From positions 64,001 to 128,000 of the forward strand of contig JBBFKW010000014.1 in NCBI GenBank assembly GCA_037481835.1: 64,000 nucleotides of DNA. Reading direction: 5' to 3'. This document shows, one piece after another, positions 55,279 through 64,000 of the stretch. How positions within the stretch are numbered: the first letter of the stretch is position 1; each line of letters begins with the position of its first letter. The notes under the pieces were generated by a model. It did no database searches and was not told the DNA's origin. It saw only the letters and a list, made by a program, of their open reading frames with translations. Origin of the DNA: Desulfosoma sp. Its GTDB lineage: Bacteria; Desulfobacterota; Syntrophobacteria; Syntrophobacterales; DSM-9756. The position numbers and the translations under genes are program-made.

Positions 55279-56922
55279 ATGACGGATCACGCTCACCTTT
55301 CACCGGATGCCGCCGTTCAGGAATGGTTGAAGGAGTACGGAGGAACCCGGGTCAACGCAGCCCACTTCATCTGCGACCGACACACGGATATCCCCGAACG
55401 CATCGCCCTCTTTTATGAAACCGCAGGCGGAGAAAGTTCCAAGTGGACTTTTCGGGAGCTCCGCGATCTTTCGCAAAAACTGGCCGCATTTCTCCGGGCC
55501 GCCGGGGTCGGCAAAGGGGATCGGGTGGCGGCCATGCTGCCCAAGAGTCCCGAGCTGCTCATCACCACCTTGGCGGTTTGGCGCCTGGGTGCGGTCTATG
55601 TCCCCTTGTTCACCGCCTTCGGCCCCGATGCCATCGACTATCGGGTCTTGGACAGCCGCTGCAAGATGGTGGTGACCAACAGCGCCCATCGGCCCAAGAT
55701 TTCCCAAACCCAGGCGTACGGGCAGGGGGCCCTGGAGGTGGTCACCGTGAGCGACGGCCTGGGCAAGGGTCTTCGCAAGGGCGACTACAGCTTCTGGGCG
55801 GAACTGGAAGGGGCGGGGTCCCTCGACGAGGTGGAATGGGTGACCGGGGACGATCTGATGATCCTCCTTTACACCTCGGGGACAACCGGGACGCCCAAGG
55901 GGGTGGAAGTCCCGATCAGGGCTCTGGCCTCCTTTGAAACCTATATGCGATTCGGCTTGGATCTTCGTGAAAACGACGTCTACTGGAACATGGCCGATCC
56001 GGGGTGGGCCTACGGTCTTTACTACAATCTCATCGGAGCCATGCTCATCGGCAAGGGGACCCTCTTTGTCAATGCCCCCTTTGACCCGTCTGTGATCTAC
56101 AGGGTACTCGAAAAATACCGGGTGACCAATTTCGCGTCCGCTCCCACGGCCTATAGGGCCCTCAAGGCCCACGGCCTGGAGGCGGCCCGAAAACATCGCT
56201 TCCACATTCGATGCGCATCCAGCGCCGGGGAGCCCCTCAATCCCGAAGTCATCCAATGGTTCCAGTACCTGTGGGGCGTGCAGATCCACGACCAGTACGG
56301 ACAGACCGAACTGGGCATGGCGGCCAACAACCACCATCACCCCGCCGCCGAACGCCCCATCAAGCTCGGGTCCATGGGCCCGTCCATGCCCGGGTTCCGC
56401 ATGGTCGTGGTCGATGATGAGGGCAACGAGCTGGGACCGGGCCAGGAAGGCCACTTTGCCGTGGACACCCGCCAGTCCCCCGTCATGTGGTTCCGGGGAT
56501 ACTGGAACGCGCCCGACAAGACGGCGGAAAAGTTTGTGGCAAGCGGCCGGTATTACCTCACCGGAGACACCGTGAGCCGGGACGAGGACGGCTATTTCTA
56601 CTTCAGCGGTCGAAGTGACGACATTATCCTGAGCGCCGGGTATCGCATCGGGCCCTTCGAAGTGGAATCGGCCATCATGAAACACGACGCCGTGGCGGAG
56701 GTGGCCGTGATCGGGGTTCCCGACGAGCTGCGGGGAGAAGTGGTCAAGGCCTATGTGGTGCTCAAGCGGGATTACCAGGCCGGCGAGGCGCTGGCGGAGG
56801 AAATCAAGGGATTCGTCAAGGCGCAGCTTTCCGCCCACCAGTACCCCCGGGAGATAGAATTTGTGGACCAATTGCCCAAAACGCCCAGCGGCAAAGTCCA
56901 AAGGTTCCTTTTGAGAAAATGA
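55279..56922 (+). CDS. Acyl-CoA synthetase (AMP-forming, short/medium chain)
   Basis: YTSGTTGTPKG, DPGWAYG, YGQTE, YLTGD, GYRIGPFEVES, LPKTPSGK; AGGAGG RBS. Confidence 0.93.
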   Translation: MTDHAHLSPDAAVQEWLKEYGGTRVNAAHFICDRHTDIPERIALFYETAGGESSKWTFRELRDLSQKLAAFLRAAGVGKGDRVAAMLPKSPELLITTLAVWRLGAVYVPLFTAFGPDAIDYRVLDSRCKMVVTNSAHRPKISQTQAYGQGALEVVTVSDGLGKGLRKGDYSFWAELEGAGSLDEVEWVTGDDLMILLYTSGTTGTPKGVEVPIRALASFETYMRFGLDLRENDVYWNMADPGWAYGLYYNLIGAMLIGKGTLFVNAPFDPSVIYRVLEKYRVTNFASAPTAYRALKAHGLEAARKHRFHIRCASSAGEPLNPEVIQWFQYLWGVQIHDQYGQTELGMAANNHHHPAAERPIKLGSMGPSMPGFRMVVVDDEGNELGPGQEGHFAVDTRQSPVMWFRGYWNAPDKTAEKFVASGRYYLTGDTVSRDEDGYFYFSGRSDDIILSAGYRIGPFEVESAIMKHDAVAEVAVIGVPDELRGEVVKAYVVLKRDYQAGEALAEEIKGFVKAQLSAHQYPREIEFVDQLPKTPSGKVQRFLLRK

Positions 56923-56994
56923 GGGGAAGAGGGCAGTGGCGAATGCCCCAATAGGCACAAGGGAGTTTCGAACGACGATCGGAGGATCATGTTC

Positions 56995-57849
56995 ATGGAA
57001 GGAGGTCGCCCGAGCGCGACGGCACAGCGTGTGGCCATGAAACGGGCGGCGCATCAAATCCTCGATGATCCGAAGATTTTCGAGGATCCGCTTGCGCTCA
57101 CGATCATCGGCCACGAGTGCGCAACGGCCCTACGAGCCAATCCATGTCCATTTGAATCCAGTCCGCTGTCGCCTTACATACGGGCGTTTGTTGCGGCACG
57201 CAGTCGATATGCGGAAGACGAACTCGCGCTCGGCGTGCAGCGAGGCGTAAGCCAATATGTCATTTTGGGCGCAGGGCTCGACACATTCGCGTACCGGAAC
57301 CCCTATCCTCAAGGGGTGCTGCGCGTTTTCGAAGTCGACCACCCCAAGACGCAGAGCTGGAAGCGAGAGCGCCTCAAGGAGGTTGGTATCGCGCTGCCGG
57401 GTGATCTGACGTTCGTGCCCATTGACTTTGAAAAACAATCCCTCGAAGAGGCTTTACGGGATGCGGGCTACGATCCTCGCAGGGGCACGTTCTTCTCGTG
57501 GCTCGGCGTGACGGAATACTTGACGACCGACACGGTGATGGCCACGTTGCGTTTCATCGCATCGGCGCCGGCGGGGAGTGGAATCGTCTTCGACTATATG
57601 ATCTCGCCATCGTTGTTGACGCCCGCCCAGCGGGTTCTTTTTGATGCCCTCGCACAGAGGGTGGCGTCAGCCGGGGAACCGTGGCACGCATTCTTCGACC
57701 CTGCATTACTGTCAAGAGACTTGCAAGCCATGGGCTTTGGATATACTGAGGACAAAGGGCCGCAAGAGATCAACGCCCGATACTTCAAGGATCGCAAAGA
57801 CGGGTTACGGGTCGGGAGTTTGGCGCACATCATGATTGCCCGGGTATGA
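56995..57849 (+). CDS. SAM-dependent methyltransferase (leucine carboxyl methyltransferase-like)
   Basis: PSATA..VA..RAAHQ, QYVILGAGLDTFAYR, VFEVDHP.TQ.WK, WLGVT.YL. Confidence 0.88.
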   Translation: MEGGRPSATAQRVAMKRAAHQILDDPKIFEDPLALTIIGHECATALRANPCPFESSPLSPYIRAFVAARSRYAEDELALGVQRGVSQYVILGAGLDTFAYRNPYPQGVLRVFEVDHPKTQSWKRERLKEVGIALPGDLTFVPIDFEKQSLEEALRDAGYDPRRGTFFSWLGVTEYLTTDTVMATLRFIASAPAGSGIVFDYMISPSLLTPAQRVLFDALAQRVASAGEPWHAFFDPALLSRDLQAMGFGYTEDKGPQEINARYFKDRKDGLRVGSLAHIMIARV

Positions 57850-57986
57850 ACAACAGCGAGATCCGCTGAACTCGGCACGGAAACGGGTCGGCCATAAAAC
57901 CGGCCTCCCGCTTGGCCTTTCGTTGGGCGGCAGGAAGGCCCCACGTGCCGCCTCACAAAACAATGGGGCGAAAGGAGAATAGAGCA

Positions 57987-58670
57987 ATGAGTGAAGAGAC
58001 CGCAAGAATCCCATTGATTGGCGACAAGGCGCCGGCGTTCACGGCTCGGACAACACAAGGCGAAATCAATTTCCCCAAAGATTTTGAAGGAAGCTGGGTC
58101 GTCTTTTTCTCGCATCCGGCAGATTTCACGCCGGTTTGTACGACGGAGTTCATGACCTTTGCCTCCATGCAAGGCGAATTTGCCAAGAGGAACTGCAAAC
58201 TCCTCGGTCTTTCCATTGACAGCATTTACGCGCATATTGCCTGGCTGCGAACGATCAAGGAGAAGATCAAGTACAAGGGGATGGAAGATATCGAAGTCAC
58301 TTTTCCGGTCATTGAAGACCTCACAATGAGTGTGTCAAAAGCTTTTGGTATGCTGCAGCCTGGCGCAAGCTCCACCCAGGCGGTGAGGGCTGTCTTTATT
58401 ATCGATCCCAAAGGAATCGTGCGGGCGATTCTTTATTACCCGCTCTCCAACGGGCGCAATATTGATGAGATCATGCGTCTGCTGATCGCTCTGCAAACTT
58501 CCGACGAGTATGGCGTCGCGACCCCGGCGAACTGGCGACCCGGCGACGATGTTATTGTTCCACCTCCGGGGTCGTGCGGCGTGGCCAAAGAACGCACTGA
58601 GAAGCCCGATCCCGATGTGACATATCTCGATTGGTTCATGTGCTTGAAAAAACTGCCAGAGGTCAAATAG
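57987..58670 (+). CDS. Peroxiredoxin (Prx6 type)
   Basis: FSHPADFTPVCTTE, VRAVFIIDP, YYPLSNGRN, TPANW.PG; AAGGAG RBS. Confidence 0.93.
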   Translation: MSEETARIPLIGDKAPAFTARTTQGEINFPKDFEGSWVVFFSHPADFTPVCTTEFMTFASMQGEFAKRNCKLLGLSIDSIYAHIAWLRTIKEKIKYKGMEDIEVTFPVIEDLTMSVSKAFGMLQPGASSTQAVRAVFIIDPKGIVRAILYYPLSNGRNIDEIMRLLIALQTSDEYGVATPANWRPGDDVIVPPPGSCGVAKERTEKPDPDVTYLDWFMCLKKLPEVK

Positions 58671-58674
58671 AGCC

Positions 58675-58746
58675 CCTTGACGTGCGCTTGCACCTGCCGC
58701 CGCTGTGCTGGGCTCCGCGGCGCAGGTGAGGCGCAGTCCCTTAGCC
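58675..58746 (+). other. Degenerate attC-like site
   Basis: CCTTGAC-N5-CTTGCACC...GGTGAGG-N8-CTTAGCC; long imperfect hairpin with a bulged base, directly after the prx stop. Confidence 0.55.
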
Positions 58747-58764
58747 GCAAAAAACAATCAAAAT

Positions 58765-59784
58765 ATGGCCCACAAGAAACGTCCATGGCGTAGGCTTCTT
58801 TTGCTGATCGCCATCCTCGCTATGATGGGCCTGTCCTATTTGCTCTGGTCCCCGGGCAAGACCTTTCTCGATGGGAGACACGATCTTCGTTCCAACGGAA
58901 TCTGGCTCCAGCATGGCTGGCTCGGGGATGATCAGTGGTTCCAACGGAATCGCAAAGACAAAGCTCTCTTCCGGGATGAAGGGAGGATCAAAGCCCTTGC
59001 CGCGCTCCTCGCCAGCCACGGGATAAAGTACGTCTTCCCCCATGCCTGCCCCTGCGACCCCGGCGGGAGGATCGCTCCCGTTGATCCGGTTCAGACGGAG
59101 CGGTTTCTCGACCACTTCCAAGACTTCCAGGTTCTCCCGTGGATCGGCGGGGTCCTCGGCGTCCACTGCTCGCCGCGATCTGCGAAGTGGAGACGCAACT
59201 TTGTCTCCTCCGTGGTCGACCTCCTGCGGGTGCACCCACGGCTGGCAGGGGTCCATGTCAACATCGAGCCCATGCCATCGGGCAACAGGGATTTCTTGCT
59301 CCTATTGGATGAACTTCGAAGAGCCATGCCTCCCGGGAAGATCCTCTCTGTGGCGGCCTATCCGCCGCCGACTCTATGGCACCCGTTTTCCGATGTGCAC
59401 TGGGACGAAGCCTATTTCCGGGACGTTGCTCAACGAACCGCACAGCTTGTCCCCATGATGTACGACACAGCCGTCAGGTTGCCAAAGCTCTATCGGCACC
59501 TGATGGCCTCTTGGACTTCAGAGGTTCTCGATTGGTCCGGAGATACACAAGTCCTCCTCGGCATCCCCGCTTACGATGATGCCGGAGTCGGCTACCATTT
59601 TCCCGCCGTAGAAAACCTGCAAAATGCCCTGTGGGGCATCCATGCAGGGTTGAATGCACGGAAGTCCCTGCCCAAGAACTATGCCGGCGTTGCGATTTAC
59701 TGCGAATGGGAAATGGACCCGCAGGAGTGGGACGACTTCAGAAGGGAATTTGAAAGAGCCCCGGATGGCCTGACAAGACGCTGA
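58765..59784 (+). CDS. Glycoside hydrolase family 18-like TIM-barrel protein, membrane-anchored
   Basis: N-terminal TM, AGVHVNIEP (DxxDxDxE-like position), PMMYD, VLLGIPAY. Confidence 0.7.
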   Translation: MAHKKRPWRRLLLLIAILAMMGLSYLLWSPGKTFLDGRHDLRSNGIWLQHGWLGDDQWFQRNRKDKALFRDEGRIKALAALLASHGIKYVFPHACPCDPGGRIAPVDPVQTERFLDHFQDFQVLPWIGGVLGVHCSPRSAKWRRNFVSSVVDLLRVHPRLAGVHVNIEPMPSGNRDFLLLLDELRRAMPPGKILSVAAYPPPTLWHPFSDVHWDEAYFRDVAQRTAQLVPMMYDTAVRLPKLYRHLMASWTSEVLDWSGDTQVLLGIPAYDDAGVGYHFPAVENLQNALWGIHAGLNARKSLPKNYAGVAIYCEWEMDPQEWDDFRREFERAPDGLTRR

Positions 59785-59826
59785 ACGGGGAGGGCGTTCC
59801 GCCTTGGGTCAGCGGCGCCGTAAGGC
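59768..59826 (+). other. Degenerate attC-like site (59 bp)
   Basis: GCCTGAC-N5-GCTGAAC...GGTCAGC-N6-GTAAGGC, overlapping the gene end. Confidence 0.55.
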
Positions 59827-60146
59827 TGCAGCAAGGCCCTATGGGATTCAACACCCCGAACCCGGATTTCTAATCGGGGCGATCTTCTGCGGGCCGCAGG
59901 GCATCCTGGGTTGCAAGCTCCTGGGAAGTCCCCGGCTTTTCGCGAAGGCGTTTCCCAAGATTTTCGAGAGCTTTGCCTACAATGTGATTTTCACGGAAGA
60001 GAGGGCGCAGACCCGGTGCAAGGAGGCGGAAGGCCGGCAGGGGGCGGTTCTGACGACCCCGGTTTCTGGTTGCGCCTCAGCGGGGGAAGGAACGCATGTG
60101 CGCCTGGAGACGGAGAAAATCATCGGATCGCCGGTGCCTGGCAGGT

Positions 60147-60187
60147 GAATAAACTCGTAGGTTGGGGTGAGCGAAGCGAACCCCAAC
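60147..60187 (+). repeat. GTAG-type REP
   Basis: GAATAAACTCGTAGGTTGGGGTGAGCGAAGCGAACCCCAAC, the reverse complement of the copies at 45047 and 45112. Confidence 0.88.
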
Positions 60188-60869
60188 TGAGATCTCCATC
60201 CGGCGAGACAAAGAACCCTGAAAGTCCTGCCCTCCCAGATTCCAACCGGGACTTTCATGTGAATTCCAAGAAACCCTCTTGGCCATGCCCACAGGAGAAA
60301 ACGCTTGGAAACTCATCATGAAAAGCGAAGAGTTTATAGATTCATTTTACTGGCCGGCTCACAACCCAGGCCTTCCCTGGCACATGTGGGCCGCCACATC
60401 CGGTGTGATCGAGGAATGGAAGAATTTTTACCCGACGGGAATCGACCCGCGAGAAGGCTTTCAAAAGCGTTTCCGCGGCATCATTGACCCAGGCTTGGAA
60501 GTTATTGACTGGGGAAGAACGGAGCCTTCACTTTCCATGTTCCGCGTTATTGACAGGCGTTATGTTCCGCCACGGTGCAATCAGCTTTGCATTCTGGAAG
60601 CAGGACCCGCGGAGAAAGCCCTTTTTTCTTCACCCTGAATCCGCCAAATAGTATCAATCCATGCTGGTCAGGGAGATTCCGGCAAACCACAGGTTTCCCG
60701 ATTCCATCTGGACAAACCTGGGCAAAAGGGTCCCCATGGTTGCATGCCTATACGCGCGGGCGACGAGGCTGCCCTTAAGCGGCCGGAGCAGGCCCCTGAG
60801 CTGCTTCCAGCCTTTCCTTTCGACGCCGCGGTTTCCGACCCGCCGGATCCACCTCTAAGACCAGAAAAG

Positions 60870-60902
60870 AAAAAAGGACTTGGGTTTTTCAACCAAGTCC
60901 TT
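60870..60902 (-). terminator. Terminator-like hairpin downstream of the tRNA
   Basis: AAGGACTTGG...CCAAGTCCTT stem followed on the minus strand by a T-rich run. Confidence 0.6.
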
Positions 60903-60910
60903 GATTGTCC

Positions 60911-60987
<77 letters not shown>

Positions 60988-61052
60988 ACGGCCGGTGAAA
61001 CGACGGGTTCATACCACTTTGGGCGGCGCGGGGCAAGGGAAAAATCCCGGCG

Positions 61053-61847
61053 TCATCTGCGGGATCCCGCCACGTGGAGCCGCCCGGCCGGGCTTTCCAG
61101 GCCCCAGCGCTTGAGTTCCGCCACCATGCCGTGATGGGTGAGATCGTGCTGGATGGGGGTGACGGAGATGTAGCCGTCGGCCAAGGCCTTGACGTCGGCG
61201 TCCGGGGCGTTTTCCGTGGAGATCACCGATCCCGTGAGCCAGTAGTAGACGCGGTTTCGAGGATCCACCCGGCGCTCGTAGTTTTCCTCGTAGGTCAACT
61301 TCCCCTGGCGGGTGACCCTCATGCCCCGAATGTCTTCCCGGGCACGGTTGGGCACGTTGACGTTGAGGCACACCCCGCGGGGCAGGCCCCGCTTTTCGAT
61401 GAGTTCCAGCAGGTGGAGCACGGCGTCCGTCGCCCCGCTAAAATCCTGGGGCTGAAAGGAGTCGATGGAGACGGCCAGCGCCGGAAAGCCCAGGATGGCC
61501 CCTTCGGTCGCGGCGGAAACCGTCCCGGAGTAGAGCACGTTGATTCCCACGTTGGCCCCCAGGTTGATCCCCGAGACCACCACGTCGGGAAGGGGGCGCA
61601 TGAGTTCGGCGATGCCCAGCTTGACGCAGTCTGCCGGTGTTCCCGTGCAGGCGTAGCCGAAAAAGGCGCCGTTTCGCTTGACCGGCTTGACGAGCAAGGG
61701 GTCCAGAAAGGTGATGGCGTGCCCGACGGCGCTGCGTTCCGTTTCCGGCGCGATGACGTAGACCTCGTGGCGGGCGCTCAGGGCTTCGTAGAGGGCTTCG
61801 ATGCCTTTGGCGAAGATGCCGTCGTCGTTGGTGAGGAGAATCCGCAT
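61053..61847 (-). CDS. surE: 5'/3'-nucleotidase SurE
   Basis: MRILLTNDDG, GTPADCV, SGINLGAN, YSGTVSAA.EG, LNVNVP. Confidence 0.95.
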   Translation of the reverse strand: MRILLTNDDGIFAKGIEALYEALSARHEVYVIAPETERSAVGHAITFLDPLLVKPVKRNGAFFGYACTGTPADCVKLGIAELMRPLPDVVVSGINLGANVGINVLYSGTVSAATEGAILGFPALAVSIDSFQPQDFSGATDAVLHLLELIEKRGLPRGVCLNVNVPNRAREDIRGMRVTRQGKLTYEENYERRVDPRNRVYYWLTGSVISTENAPDADVKALADGYISVTPIQHDLTHHGMVAELKRWGLESPAGRLHVAGSRR

Positions 61848-61854
61848 AGGCTTG

Positions 61855-62403
61855 CTAGGTTCCTTTCGTGTAATTCTTGGCCGCGGTGATGCCCGCTTCC
61901 AGGGCTTTCTTGTTCAGTTCCTCGGTTCCCGGGGGCACCCGGGCCAGCACCGCCGCCTCCAGGGCGCTCAGGGAGACCGCCCGAGTCAGGAGGGCCAAGG
62001 CCCCCAGGGCGACGATATTGGCCGTCATTTCCTTCTTGAGTTCCGTGCGGGCGATCTGGGTGAAAGGGATGGCCACGGCCCGCGTCGTGGGCACCTGCTT
62101 GACGAAGGTGCTGTCCACGATGAGCATCCCGTCGGGCTTGAGATCGAAGAAGTAGGCGTCGCAGGATTTTTGGTTCATGGCCAAGAGGACGTCGGGCTTG
62201 ATGGCCTTGGGGTAGTCGATTTCCTCGTCGCTGATGACCACTTCGGATTTGCTCGCCCCGCCTCGGGCTTCCGGGCCGTAGCTTTGGGTTTGGCAGACGT
62301 ACTTGCCGTCGTAGATCCCGGCCGCTTCCGCCAGGATGATGCCGGCCATGATGAGCCCCTGTCCGCCGGAGCCGCTCAACCGCACTTCATATCGATAACC
62401 CAT
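61855..62403 (-). CDS. korC: 2-oxoacid:ferredoxin oxidoreductase gamma subunit
   Basis: SGSGGQG, QSYGPEARGGAS, NIVALGA. Confidence 0.9.
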   Translation of the reverse strand: MGYRYEVRLSGSGGQGLIMAGIILAEAAGIYDGKYVCQTQSYGPEARGGASKSEVVISDEEIDYPKAIKPDVLLAMNQKSCDAYFFDLKPDGMLIVDSTFVKQVPTTRAVAIPFTQIARTELKKEMTANIVALGALALLTRAVSLSALEAAVLARVPPGTEELNKKALEAGITAAKNYTKGT

Positions 62404-62443
62404 GCCTGATCGCTCCCTTGAGAAGCCTTCCCGGCCCCTCGTT

Positions 62444-63286
62444 TCATTTTCCCGCAGCGAGCCGCGCTCGGGCGGCTTCGCGAATCTTTCGGTATTCTTC
62501 CGTATAGATGGGCAGATCCCGATCCACGAGCACCCCGATGGTAAATTTGCCTTCCATCTCTTCGGGGCTCATCTCCGCGGCCTTTTCCACACGGACGGCG
62601 CTTTCCTTCTGCCACCGGAGCATGTCCACGGCGCCGCCCATCTTGTTTCGCCGCCCGTATTGGGTGTGACAGTGGCTGATGACTTCCACCACGGAAAAGC
62701 CTCTTTTGCGGATGGCCTGTTCGATGAGCCGGTCCAGCATGGTGGCATGGTAAACCGTGCCCCGGGCCACCAGGCTCGCTCCTGCGGTGACGGCCAATTC
62801 GGCGATGGAAAAGGCATGCTCGATGTTCTTGTAGACGGCCGTCGTCGCCAGGGCGCCGTAGGGCGTGGTCGGGGAATACTGGCCTCCCGTCATGCCGTAG
62901 ATGTTGTTGTTGACGATGATGGCCGTGAGATTGAGATTGCGGCGCGCCGCATGGATGAAGTGGTTTCCGCCGATGGCCGTGGCGTCCCCGTCGCCCATGA
63001 TGACGATGACCTGGAGCCGCGGGTTGGCCAGCTTGATGCCTGTGGCGAAGGTGAGAGCCCGGCCGTGGGTGGTGTGCAGGGTGTTGAAGTCCACGTAGAC
63101 GGGCAGCCGCCCGGCGCACCCGATGCCGGAAACCAGGACGATGTCGTCCTTTTCGTATCCCGTGCGGTCGATGGCGCGGATGAGTGCCCCCAGGAGGATG
63201 CCGTTGCCGCAACCCGGGCACCACACGTGGGGAAATTTTTTGTCGTGGCGAAGATATTTATGGATCAGCTTGGTGACTTCTGCCAT
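62444..63286 (-). CDS. korB: 2-oxoacid:ferredoxin oxidoreductase beta subunit
   Basis: WCPGCG, SGIGC, HTTHGRA, GDGD..AIGGNH, YGMTGGQ.SPT. Confidence 0.92.
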   Translation of the reverse strand: MAEVTKLIHKYLRHDKKFPHVWCPGCGNGILLGALIRAIDRTGYEKDDIVLVSGIGCAGRLPVYVDFNTLHTTHGRALTFATGIKLANPRLQVIVIMGDGDATAIGGNHFIHAARRNLNLTAIIVNNNIYGMTGGQYSPTTPYGALATTAVYKNIEHAFSIAELAVTAGASLVARGTVYHATMLDRLIEQAIRKRGFSVVEVISHCHTQYGRRNKMGGAVDMLRWQKESAVRVEKAAEMSPEEMEGKFTIGVLVDRDLPIYTEEYRKIREAARARLAAGK

Positions 63287-63331
63287 GGGTCGCCTCGCGC
63301 TTTCGGTGTGGGTCGGCCTTCCCCCGCCGGC

Positions 63332-64000
63332 TCATATTTTTAACAACCGCACCAGGATTTCGTCCGGGGTGATGAGGTTTCCGTCGATGCGGTTCAAGGT
63401 CTCCACCCGGGTCATGCCCTGGTTGATCCGTTTCACTTCCCGGGAAATCTGCCCCATGTTGAGTTCGGGGACGAGCACGGCCCGCACCCGCTTGAGATAG
63501 GGTTCCAGGATCTGCCTGGGGAAGGGCCACAGGGTAATGAGTTGGAGCAGTCCCGCGCGAACGCCCCGGCGCCGCGCCTCCCTGACGGCCCGGCGTCCCG
63601 ATCGCGCCACGGATCCGTACGCGATGACCAGAACGTCGGCGTCGTCGGCTTCTTCCGCATCCACCATGAGGATGTCAAAAAAGTTTTGGGAAATTTTCCG
63701 GTGGATCCGCGTGAGAAACGGGACGATTTCATCGGCCCTCTGGGTGGGAAAGCCCCGGACATCGTGGATCAGCCCCGTGACGTGGTAACGGTACCCGTCG
63801 CCGAAGATGCCCATGGGCGGCACGCCCCGGCTATTGTCTTCATAGGGGATGTACCATTCCGGCGGCATGTTGGGACGGATGCGATCCACCACCTCCAGCT
63901 CTTCGGGATGGGGGATGCGGATCTTTTCCCGCGTGTGCCCGACCACCTCATCGGAGAGGATGATGACCGGCGTGCGGTATTTTTCCGCCAGGTTGAACGC
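63332..64000 (-). CDS. korA: 2-oxoacid:ferredoxin oxidoreductase alpha subunit (5' part outside window)
   Basis: Frame stays open to the window edge (AFNLAEKYRTPVIILSD), HVTGL.HD..GFP, AYGS, LWPFP, VPELNMGQ. Confidence 0.9.
   Translation of the reverse strand, partial: AFNLAEKYRTPVIILSDEVVGHTREKIRIPHPEELEVVDRIRPNMPPEWYIPYEDNSRGVPPMGIFGDGYRYHVTGLIHDVRGFPTQRADEIVPFLTRIHRKISQNFFDILMVDAEEADDADVLVIAYGSVARSGRRAVREARRRGVRAGLLQLITLWPFPRQILEPYLKRVRAVLVPELNMGQISREVKRINQGMTRVETLNRIDGNLITPDEILVRLLKI

Noticed and set aside
56923..56994. Further attC/attI site before the LCM-like methyltransferase
   Set aside because: Only a weak AATAGGC resemblance to R', with no supporting hairpin.
60279..60638. 119-aa ORF near the tRNA
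   Set aside because: No recognisable motif or clear RBS; could be a gene fragment but cannot be supported.

Overview
GC-rich bacterial chromosomal window. Gene content (anaerobic CODH-like protein, multiheme cytochromes, 2-oxoacid:ferredoxin oxidoreductase, sigma54 regulation) suggests an anaerobic Desulfobacterota/deltaproteobacterium; this is inference only. In order: partial gamma-glutamyltransferase, symporter-hutH, RND efflux operon, class II photolyase, TRAP transporter, TetR with a non-canonical CooS, a stand-alone IF2 C-terminal protein, NapC/octaheme Hao-like pair, pqiAABC, a lipoylation/acetoin dehydrogenase cluster lacking E3, an accessory region (about 45-60 kb), tRNA-Arg(ACG), surE and korCB plus partial korA. 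Most interesting items: a methyltransferase coupled to a MazG-like NTP-pyrophosphatase/PLD nuclease/SF2 helicase fusion next to a decayed hicBA (candidate defence system); degenerate integron attC-like sites; a clade-D-like CooS sharing a palindromic site with the Hao-like operon; a proteasome-beta-like gene divergent from a beta-grasp-like gene; and several non-coding repeat families (118-bp CTAG-targeting MITE, 78-bp tandem array, GTAG REPs). Starts were chosen by eye from RBS and protein context. No database searches were run, so family names come from motif recognition.
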